A stretch of 64,000 nt of DNA from Octopus bimaculoides (taxonomy: Eukaryota), in NCBI RefSeq assembly GCF_001194135.2, contig NC_069005.1, positions 454,717-518,716 on the forward strand, in the 5' to 3' direction. Position 1 is the first letter of the stretch; each line of letters opens with the position of its first letter. Both the position numbers and the translations under genes were made by a program. Shown in pieces: positions 13,186 through 23,516 of the stretch. The notes beneath the pieces are model-generated. The model made no database searches. It saw only the letters and a program-made list of their open reading frames with translations, and was not told the origin of the DNA.

Positions 13186-13384
13186 CTGTAAAAGCCACCT
13201 CGGGGACATAGTGGACATCATAAAGAGACAGATTCTTATTCTCTGCTTCCAGAGCAGTTAATTGTTTTGAGCTCAGATGTCTGAAATGAGGCTTTGGCGT
13301 CAGAGTCCGATGATAAACCAGGTAACCCTGGCTCAGCACTCGGTGGTACGTGGCAAATGGACGGACTATATATTGAGAAGATAT
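13186..13384 (-). CDS. TM-type short tRNase Z, coding exon 3 (motif III, short flexible arm, start of motif IV)
   Basis: Acceptor ccattgcag|ATA. Encodes VRPFATYHRVLSQGYLVY...PEVAFT. Donor ACAG|gtaagt (phase 1). Confidence 0.92.
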
Positions 13385-13499
13385 CTGCAATGGAAAAGGA
13401 AACTCTAAGATTAAAATCAAGGAGGAGGAGAAGGAGAAGAAGAATTGGCCAGGCCCATGCCTATAAATCTATATAAAAAAAACACCCCAAACCCACGTA

Positions 13500-13760
13500 T
13501 GCCAGCCTCAACATCACTATTTTAAGACCTCCTCAACCAACTCTCATTCTTGCACGAGTTGGTTGGACAAGATTTTTCCAGAAATTCATTAGAACTTGTT
13601 AGGATTTCTTTCATGATGGTCAGCATTCTGAGTTCAATCTGCATCAGTTCTTTCCCTATCTGCCTCTTCTACAAGTTCCTGGTTCCACTTTAATCATTTG
13701 GCATTTCTTCATCCCAGCTGCCATCTCTCATCCGAATAACAGCAATAAAGGCTTATTCCT
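13500..13760 (-). mobile_element. RTE LINE 3'-end remnant
   Basis: IKVEPGTCRRGR..GK-like translation shared with other RTE 3' fragments in the window. Confidence 0.5.
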
Positions 13761-15120
13761 CTCTTGTGCACTGCGACAGACTCTTATGTCTAATTTATTT
13801 TTCTGAATGGGTGAGTGAGTGAGTGCGTGTGAAGTATGATTTCCACTCTTGAAAATCATGACAGATTTGGTAAATGATAATCACTTCATGTTGCCGGTTG
13901 TTATGTCAACAAGAGGTTTTTGTGAGTCACCCAATTTGAGTGAAATTGACCTCATTTACCAGACAACATCCGGTGCCTTTTATAAACATTTCTATAATAA
14001 ACTAATTAGTGTTAGCAAATGATAACAAGGGTTAATGAAGCTGGATAATATGAAATGTTCAGAGTCGTCTCCTTTGCAAAACTTTACTATTTTTCCTAGT
14101 CCCACATGTTTTAATATGGCTGTAACATGTAGATATATTCCAGTCTATCGTTAGATTATTTAAAAATGTAACCAACGACCTTTTATAAATGTCTACAGTT
14201 TTGTATGAAGGTAAAAACATGTTAAGAAGTTTCCTCTGCAGCCACATTGCTCTGAGTTTCTGGATTCAACCCCCACTGCTTGGTTCCCTGGACAAGGGTC
14301 TTCGACAGCTTCACATCAATCAGTTCCTTGTGAGACAGAAACTGTGCAGAAGCCTTTCATTCCCTCTTTGTTTCTCCATGCTAATATCAGTTGGTCAGGG
14401 AGGTAGTAGAAGCTGGATTTTTAGGGCTGGATGCTCTTCCTGTCACCAAACCTAATCTCTTTTCCAAATAAGGGACTTTCTACTCCAGAGGAATTCAAAT
14501 GTGCACAGCTGGAGGATGATTTGTTGAACAGGAAATGTCAACAAACGTCACCAGTTGCAACTCAACCTCAAACTTGTAATTGAGCCACAAACATTTATGT
14601 ATATCATCATCATCATCATCATCATCATCATTTTAATGTCCACTTTTCCATTTGTTGGTTGGAATGGGCTGAGACAGATTTTCTTTGGCCAGATATTGTT
14701 CCTGTCACCAGCTCTCACTTGTTTCCATGTAAGGTAATATCTCCCCCATGGTCAGACATGTTCTCACAAAAGAAAAAAAAAAATTTTAAAGCTGTGCTCC
14801 AGAATGACCAAAGTCCAATGAAAGAAACCAGTCAGAAAATATGATAATATTTTCTACCTGTTCTAAAGAATTTACAGTCAAAAGTGCCATGCGGTAGGAT
14901 TGAACTCCTAATGTTTACATTAGGAGTTCAAATTTGACTGACATCAACTTTGTTTTTCTTCTTTCTGGGGTTGAAATCAAGAAGAATTGCTTTTTTTCAT
15001 GAATTCTTAGAGAATCTCTTCACGGAAGATGAGATGATACACTGTACTGAAGTGGATTAACTAATCCATTAAAGACAAGGAGATGACACAGAATACAATA
15101 AAGGATCAAGCAAGCTTTCA

Positions 15121-15343
15121 TTAAACCTTAAGCATTGAAACTAGCCTAATCTGGCTCAAATATTCTACTTGTTTTATCTTAAAACTGGCTAGATCCTACC
15201 TCTCACACCTAGCCTACAATGTCATTTTAAAAATAAACAATCACATCAGTGAAATCTTGAAGCTACAAGATAATGCCTGATTCATTGAAAACGTGAATAA
15301 ATAATCATTAAATTTGAAATCTGAATGCTAAATAAAGGATTAA
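15121..15343 (-). mobile_element. Half copy of the piggyBac-like MITE
   Basis: Shares CTACAATGTCATT..AAAATAAACAATCAC..CTGAATGCTAAA with 47560-47753. Confidence 0.6.
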
Positions 15344-16151
15344 TTATTGATATGAGTCCACATGGCTTTGGTGAAGGGTTCAATGCTTTACTTCAGCCAA
15401 TGTTGGTGGAATCTTTCATAAAGCTTCATTAAAATAAACTTCCTGAAATATGTGGCTGCTGTTATTATAAACTCACCAAAAGCAACCATCATAGAACAAA
15501 CACAGTCAAAGGGAAATAAATCCGAATAAATCAAAACCGTTTTTTTTTTCCCAGCTGATATTTTTTGTTTCTTAAGATTTATCTCTTTTTGTTGGTGGCT
15601 GATATAAGGATTAGTTTCATTCTGGTTAGGATTTTGAAAGGAAAGGATATAATGCAAGATGGCACAAGTGTGGCTGTGGGGGTTAAGAAGTTTTTGTTTT
15701 TGTAACCATGTCGTCTTGGGTTCATGTCGTCTTGGGTTCATTCTCACTACATGGCTCCTTGGGCAAGTGTCCTTTACCACAGCTCTCACAAGGCTAACCA
15801 AAGGAAGGAGAATCCACTTTTAAATTTTAGAAGAACCAGGATCCAAATATCAAAAATTGTTGTTGTTACTGCATCTATGCACATCTCTCATCTCCACAGT
15901 CTTTCACAGAGGATTCAGAATTTTGATGGGAATTTTGCCAAAAGAAATTTGATGAATTCTATAGCCTAAATAGCTAACCAAATGAAACCTATTAATCACT
16001 CAGTGGCTAAAAGCATCTGATAAAATCGCTGATCTCTTTTAGGACATCGAACTGACCATCCCATTTTTATTTCGTTATTTTTTTAATTTTATTCTTTCTT
16101 CCCTAACCAAGCCTCCAACAATCGTTCATGTATGCTTTGTTTAAAAATTCA

Positions 16152-16187
<36 letters not shown>

Positions 16188-16332
16188 TCAAAATGACAAA
16201 GAACATCTGTCAGACCCATGCCAGCATAGGAAAGTGGACATGAAAAGGATGAAAATGAGGATGAATGTGTTTGACCAGGGCCAACCTAGGGCCAAAAAGA
16301 AAGAAAAGCAGTGACCCCCACCAGTGTCTTAC

Positions 16333-16540
16333 CTGTACACTATTGCCTTGCTCAATTGGTTGAATGTCCAGCTGTTTCAGAACAGGTGGTGTGTTGGACA
16401 AAGAATACATCTGTTCTCCAATCTCTTTCAAGGGTACAACAAGGTGTGGAGGGACGTAGTAGGTGGCCGGTGTCCAGTTGTACAAATTCCTTTTAGTTGC
16501 ATGCTGGAACAGTCCTGACACATGGTCTAAATGTCCATGG
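16333..16540 (-). CDS. TM-type short tRNase Z, coding exon 2 (His motif SHGHLDH)
   Basis: Acceptor taatag|C; AG+C=Ser gives ISHGHLDHVSGLFQHATKRNLYNWTPATYYVP, like plant TRZ1 THAHLDHIGGL...RGLY..PP.IFVP. Donor CAG|gtaaga. Confidence 0.93.
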
Positions 16541-17556
16541 CTATTAGAATGATTGGCAGCAACCGAAAACGAAAAAATAGAACAAAAAAAAAAAAGGAGA
16601 AAATAATTAATCACTAATCAAAACCTGAGTAAGTGCATGCATGTGTGTGTTTGGGGGGATATATCCTTTCCCAAGTGCAGAGAAGGGGAGTGTGGTACAG
16701 TTTAGTCTGGTCCCTGTAGATGTGTGTTCTAGAGATGATAATTGATCAAAGCCCCCATGAAAGTGAGGTGTCCTCACCTCAAGGGGGAATGTGAAGATGT
16801 TGCCTAAATGGAGAAGAGCTATAAGTAGAGAAACCATCACCCAGCCTCCCATTTATAGACTTCCCAATCAGCAGCCGACCCTCTTTTCTTCCTCTCCATT
16901 CCTTGATTCTGCTCCAACCACTTTCAGAAGCACTGGAAAGGAATCGAACTGACAAGCTACTTGCTTTGAATTACAAGGACTCAGGATTTTTTGTTCAAGT
17001 TGGGCTTCCATAGTGTTAAACTGATAAAAGATACATTTCTCCAGGATAAGAAGCTAGTTTTTCAGTAAGAACTGAACTCAGCAATAAAGTCCCAATAAAC
17101 GAATCCCTAATTTCCAAGTCTCTTATATTCTCTTTGGTTTCTAACTGAAGCTATGTGGACTTGACCCTTGACAATAAACTGTTCGTCCCACATTGTCATG
17201 CCGTTGTCATCTCACTTACAATTTCACTCCCTCCCATCCTTGCCAGTACTTCACTGTGTGTGAGTGTGTGTGTGTGTCTCACACACACAAAAGGCAATGG
17301 CTTTCAAAACAGTACAAATAGGCTGACAGGGATGGACACTGAAGAACAAGGTCTATTGTTAAATATTTAAATACAAGATAAAAAAAAGTGATTAATGGTT
17401 GGGGGAGGAGGTGTGGGGGGGTCCTTCAGCAGGTCAGGAAAATACTTCTCTTCTTCAACAAAGTAATCTGTCCATAATACTAAATACCAATACAGTAATG
17501 TACTATGCAAACACCTATTCCTTTTAGTTTGGGGTTTTTACCATCCACATCCTTGT

Positions 17557-17597
<41 letters not shown>

Positions 17598-17614
17598 TGA
17601 TGATCTTTCTTTAG

Positions 17615-18130
17615 CTAACCAGTCACTGCATACAAATATCATTAAGGCTAAAATAGACAAATCCGCAAAGAGTGCAAAGTGCAGAGTTTGTAACAAGAAA
17701 GGGGAATCCATTGTGCACAAAATGAGGTCATGAAGTCGTTTGGTGCAGAGGGAATATAGACACAGACCTTACTGTGTAGGCAAGGCCCTACAAAGGGACA
17801 TATAGACACAGACCTGAGTGTGTGGCCAAGGCCCCACAATGGGAACATAGACACAGACCTTACTGTGTAGGCAAGGCACGACAATGGGACATATAACAGC
17901 AAAGAGGATTTGAAATGGGAAGAAAATGGTAAGAACATGAACCAGAAAGTGTAATAGAGAATGACCAGAATAAGGTTTTATGGGATTTTAATGCACAGAC
18001 TGACTGCAAAATGCATGCCAGGTGACCAGATATTATGGTTCTGCACAAGTGGGGGGGGGAGTGCCTCATCATAGATATGGCTACATCTGTGGACATGAAT
18101 GTAGCAGTGAAAGAAGAGGAAAGAATGATT
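17615..18130 (+). mobile_element. R4/Dong-like non-LTR retrotransposon remnant (zinc knuckle plus REL endonuclease)
   Basis: KCRVCNKKGESIVH and NKVLWDFNAQTDCKMHAR*PDIMVLHK..CLIIDMA..D.NVAVKEEE. Confidence 0.75.
17751..17886. repeat. About 45-bp tandem repeat x3 inside the R4-like remnant
   Basis: Unit GGA(A/C)ATATAGACACAGACCTTACTGTGTAGGCAAGGCCCTACAA(A/T)G. Confidence 0.85.
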
Positions 18131-18494
18131 TGGCAAAGGAAATACAATGACTATGGATGACTTTTTCTACAAAAAGTCATCTCCTCTCTGAATCACAACC
18201 AAATCTGTATCACCAATATTCTATTGAACTCTTCTCTGTTCGAGGACAGGCATCAAGTATTCTCCATTATAGCGCCAAGAGCAGCAGAAAACAATGTCCA
18301 TTCTAACTTTATGCCTGAATAACATGAAACATTGTTTATTCTTAAGAAACATAAATAGAGAGTCATACAAGCAATGGTGTGTGGAACAATTCTTGCAGAG
18401 CAGAGAGGAGTTTTACAATTTTAGTAATTATTTTTGGATTAAAAAAAAAACTAACAATAATAAGCATGTTGTTTTGTCTTATATTACAAGTCTT

Positions 18495-18707
18495 CTTTCC
18501 TACTCTAGGCACTAGGCCCGAAATTTTTGGGGAGGGGGCCAGTCGATTAGATCACCCCCAGTACACAATTGGTACATAATTTATTGACCCCAAAAGGATG
18601 AAAGGCAAAGTCAACCTCGGTGGAATTTGAAAGTATAGACAGACGAAAGATTTCTAAGCATTTCGCCCAGTCTGCTAATGTTTCTACCAGCTCGCTGCCG
18701 CCTTCTA
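18495..18707 (-). mobile_element. SINE family A
   Basis: Reverse complement of the family A consensus. Confidence 0.7.
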
Positions 18708-19348
18708 CCCCAAGTCTTGTCACATCTGGGATGTCATACGAGAATATTAAATTGACCCCAGTACATGACTGGTATTCCATTGACTGACCTTTGAAGACGA
18801 AAAGCAAAGTTGGCTTCAATAAGATTTGCATTTGGAATGTGAAGAACTGCAATTCAATGCTCCTGCCATTTTGACCACATCCTGACAATGTTAGATTTTT
18901 ATTTTAGGATGATTGAAAATTAGAACCAGTAAGAATATCAAGAACCAATTCAGTCGACTCTATCCCTCACCTATATGTGTCACCTTAATAACATATAATT
19001 ATTATTATTTATGCGTTTCCATGCCTGTACATATTACAGTTATTTGTTTCTTCGCAAAGCAGTCTTATCTTAACGTTCCATTCTCTTTTACATGTCTACG
19101 AAGGGAGCGTCTCAGTATTTGTGTGACCTGTTTAATGTAAAGGAGAATCAATGACATTACACTCCCCACTTTCTTTGAAGTAGACACCATTACATTTTAG
19201 TGTAACACATTGAAGACAGGCACGGCGAGATAACACTAACCACTTTGTTCGTTCTGCTGTCGCCTGCGTCATGTGTTCAGCAACAACAACACGATAAACA
19301 TTATACACACTGGTTGTGAATGTTATATCAATATTCATAACGATGACG

Positions 19349-19530
19349 ACGACGGTGGTGGTGGTGGTGGTGGCAATGATGGTATTAAACGACGTGGTGG
19401 TGGTGGCAATGATGGTATTAAACGACGTGGTGGTGGTGGCAATGATGGTATTAGACGACGTGGTGGTGGTGGCAATGATGGTATTAGACGACGTGGTGGT
19501 GGTGGTGGCAATGATGGTATTAGACGACGT
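19349..19530. repeat. 33-bp minisatellite, about 5 copies
   Basis: Unit GGTATTA(A/G)ACGACGTGGTGGTGGTGGCAATGAT. Confidence 0.9.
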
Positions 19531-19576
19531 TTACATTGACAGCGATGAAAACTATTGCAAACTTGAAAACACCCAC

Positions 19577-20037
19577 CTTATGAAAACATGTTTACAGCGA
19601 ACACTCGCTCGGGTGGCGTAACCGATGTCAAAGGCAACCGACAAACTTTTGTCTTCGACCGTCTGCACCACGACACTTGTCTCCAGGCCCGAGAGGGACC
19701 AAGCATGCACCTGGTATTTACCGCAGGGCATCCAGTCTTTTCGAAGCTTCGATATTGCAGAGCTTTTGACCTTCGCAATATTGTTGTTCCGCTTGTCTGA
19801 GGTAGAGTTGTGATAACAGCTGCCACAAATCTTCATAACACCATGAATATCAGGTGTCTTTTTGCAATCAACAACCGGACGAGTGGCATTTTGGCAAGGT
19901 GTTAACAGGGAAAGACGTCCAACAGAGGAGAAAGTTCGAGTCCAACGGTTTACACCGGCAGAATGAAAAAACAGCTGAAAATCACAGAGACATCGTAGAG
20001 TGAGGGTCACGGTAGGGGTGACACATCGTAAAGACAT
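19577..20037 (-). CDS. TM-type short tRNase Z (metallo-beta-lactamase fold), coding exon 1 of 4
   Basis: ATG at 20037 (acaATG). Encodes an Arg/Ser/Thr-rich N-terminus, then HAWSLSGLETSVVV..AFDIG..VFI. Ends AG|gtgggt (phase 2) and splices in frame to the HxHxDH exon. Confidence 0.88.
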
Positions 20038-20957
20038 TGTAGCTAAATTTTAAACAAAAATATATTTGTGTGTGTATTCATACACATATATAAATGTATT
20101 CTGAGTCTGTCTTTGAATTTAAAAAATAAAATAATAATAAAATACAAACGAGAAATAATGACAAATGCAAATCAGTCGAGAATTAACATAAATTCGACGA
20201 TATTTATAAATTATTAGCTGAGATTTTTTGTTTTTTTTGGATAAAATGTGTAATTTTGAGTTTGATGGGGAATTTACTTTCGGTCGAATGAAAGTCTTTC
20301 GTAAGTAAATCAAAACCACAGAGGCTTATATGATGCAATACGTGTGTTTATGTGGTATAATGTAAAGCAGATACGGACATTGTACATCTATATTTATATT
20401 TATGTACGCATATATATGTGTGTTTGTGTGTTTAGAATAACTTTGTTAGCGATCGATGGTTAAAGGTAAAAAATTAACGAAGCAAACAAATGCCGATCAA
20501 ATCTGTGAAAATTCCTTGATGAATATTTCGTCCCTACTTGTCCATAACGAGAGCTGAATAAGGGGTGAATTCGATGAGTGAATGATTGGTTCAGTACAGT
20601 GATAAGATCGATAGAAAAGGTTTGAAGCAGCGAAAGTTTGAAGGAGGAATCCAGTGGCCAAAAGGTTTGGCATGCTTGTCTCCATTGTATTGAAGGGGAA
20701 ATCACTCTGAATAGCATTGTTACGTAAAAGGAAAGCGAAACGGGTCGAGGAGTGGGGGGTCGGCGCGGATGGATATTTAGTTGGGAGAAGATGCGAGGGA
20801 GGATGTTTATGAAGGAGTTTACTGAATCACGATTATTAGTACATGTTAGTACATGTCGACGAAACAAGCAGTTAGACAAAAAAGGAAAAAAATCGAAACA
20901 AACTAGTGCATATACACACGCACACACATATTTTATATACATAAAATTATTGTTTTA

Positions 20958-21150
20958 GCCACTTAAATGCGGCCATGCTGGAGCAGCATCGTCTTAAATG
21001 GTTTACTCGAACTAATCGACCTCATTATAATTATTTCTAATTATTATAGTAGTGCATTGGGCCGAACCGCTAAGTTACGTAAACAAACCAACATGTTATC
21101 ATGCAGTAGGAGGGGGGATAATCACTGAGACACGCTCACACACACACAGA
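20958..21150 (+). mobile_element. Dispersed repeat family D (GCGGCCATGCTGG..GCCGAACCGCTAAGTTACG)
   Basis: Matches copies at about 28310-28500, 33390-33530 (-), 40630-40800 (-) and 54530-54730. Confidence 0.65.
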
Positions 21151-21264
21151 TAAATATATACATACATATATGCATACATACGTACGTACATACATACATA
21201 CATACATATATAATACATACATACGTACGTACGTACATGCATACACGCATACATACATACATAT

Positions 21265-21480
21265 ATCATCTTCATTTAACATCCATTGTCCATGCTGGCA
21301 TGGGTTGGACTGTTTGACCAGGGCTGGCAAGTTGGAAGGCTGTACCAGGCCCCAGTCTGATTTGACATGGTTTCTACAGCTGGATGCCCTTCCTAATGCC
21401 AACCCCTCTGAGAGTGTAATGGTGTTTTTACATGCCCTCAGCACGGGTTCCAGTTGTGTGACACCGGTATCTGCCACAAC
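21265..21480 (+). mobile_element. Dispersed repeat family B
   Basis: Shared core sequence with the other family B copies. Confidence 0.7.
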
Positions 21481-21793
21481 TATGATTTCACTTGGCTTGG
21501 TGGATCTTTCTTCTCAAGCACAGCATATTGCCATTTTTACTGTGATGGCTGAGTATTCCGGAGCACAGCAAATCACCTCTTGCCTTGATGCTCTGTCATC
21601 TCCTCTCTAAGGCTCAGCATCTTCAGATCAGCCTTCAATATTTTCACTCATGTCTTCCTTTTTCACAAGTTTCATCAACTTTAAGCAATTGGCACATTTT
21701 ATGCAACTGTCTTCATTCATACATATCACATGACCATATCATGTGTGTATGTATGTGTGTATGTATAAATATATATGTGTGTGTGTACATAAG

Positions 21794-21830
<37 letters not shown>

Positions 21831-22104
21831 GTGAGTAAAAATAAATACAAAAAAAGGGTTTTGTATGATCGTGTATAGAGGAATATATTATTTTATTTAA
21901 AAGAGTTCCAACTCTGTCTGTTTTTTATGTTTTTTATTTATATTCTTGTAAAATTTATGTGCGATATAGAATATGGAATATATAATATATAATATAAAAA
22001 AAGATGGATGGTGCAATGAAATGAAGTATTGAATGTCTTATTGAATATATGGAATATGTCTTATTGAATATATGAAATATTGAGTGTTCAATATAAAGGA
22101 TAAA

Positions 22105-22139
<35 letters not shown>

Positions 22140-22813
22140 NNNNNNNNNNNNNNNNNNNNNNNNNNNNNNNNNNNNNNNNNNNNNNNNNNNNNNNNNNNNN
22201 NNNNNNNNNNNNNNNNNNNNNNNNNNNNNNNNNNNNNNNNNNNNNNNNNNNNNNNNNNNNNNNNNNNNNNNNNNNNNNNNNNNNNNNNNNNNNNNNNNNN
22301 NNNNNNNNNNNNNNNNNNNNNNNNNNNNNNNNNNNNNNNNNNNNNNNNNNNNNNNNNNNNNNNNNNNNNNNNNNNNNNNNNNNNNNNNNNNNNNNNNNNN
22401 NNNNNNNNNNNNNNNNNNNNNNNNNNNNNNNNNNNNNNNNNNNNNNNNNNNNNNNNNNNNNNNNNNNNNNNNNNNNNNNNNNNNNNNNNNNNNNNNNNNN
22501 NNNNNNNNNNNNNNNNNNNNNNNNNNNNNNNNNNNNNNNNNNNNNNNNNNNNNNNNNNNNNNNNNNNNNNNNNNNNNNNNNNNNNNNNNNNNNNNNNNNN
22601 NNNNNNNNNNNNNNNNNNNNNNNNNNNNNNNNNNNCACATGACTCAACTTTGTCTAGTCTGTCTTGCTGACAAACACCTCCCATTGCCCACTGGTACCTC
22701 GCAGGTAAGTAATAGGACACAGGTGAGTAAGTAGGATAAAAAAAAAATATAAAATAACAAAAGGCATCAGTAAAGACAAATGTTTCAGCAGTTTGAGGAT
22801 GTTACTGCATGCC

Positions 22814-22865
<52 letters not shown>

Positions 22866-23516
22866 CATCACAAACACACAAGCATCACACACATTAGAAA
22901 CACTACATACATATATGCATATGACACACACACACATGCATACATGTAGTACATCACACCACATCCACATGTAAATTCTTACAAAAAAAATTAATCAATT
23001 TTACTCGTTCGCCCCCTGAAGGAATTTAGCTGATTGAATCCGATCCTGTCTATTCATTGATGGTTCTAATTTAATCTGAATGGAGCTGAATACAAAACCC
23101 AGGCCAGGATGAAATGCTTACTGTCAGATAATCATTATTTATGCCTTGGTACATATCGTAAACCTTAAAACAATGATGCAATAAAAATATTTTTTCATGT
23201 TTTGGGGTGTTTTTACCTTTTTAAAATACATAAACATGTGAAACTTTGAGGTTGTTTAGTTTCTGTGGCGAATTATGAAAATTTTTGGAAACAAAACAAA
23301 ATCTCTTAACGAAAGGAAATCAAAATCTGACCTCCTAAAAACAGTTATTTCCCCTGAATTATTCACCGATGAGTCTAGAGTGGGTAGCATCTGTTGCTAG
23401 AATGGATTTTTGGTGCAGATTCTGGCGCTTAATTGTTTAAGAGGCACACAAACACAAAATGGATAAACTTGCTTCATCAAAACCAACTCCAAAGTATTGT
23501 TTTATGGTTTTGATTT

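Noticed and set aside
17751-19530. Tandem 33-bp and 45-bp repeats as CRISPR-like arrays
   Set aside because: Units are contiguous with no unique spacers, there are no cas genes, and the context is eukaryotic.
20460-20942. 160-aa minus-strand ORF between tRNase Z and the GT62-like gene
   Set aside because: No splice context or domain recognised; fragments resemble a decayed CR1-type LINE.
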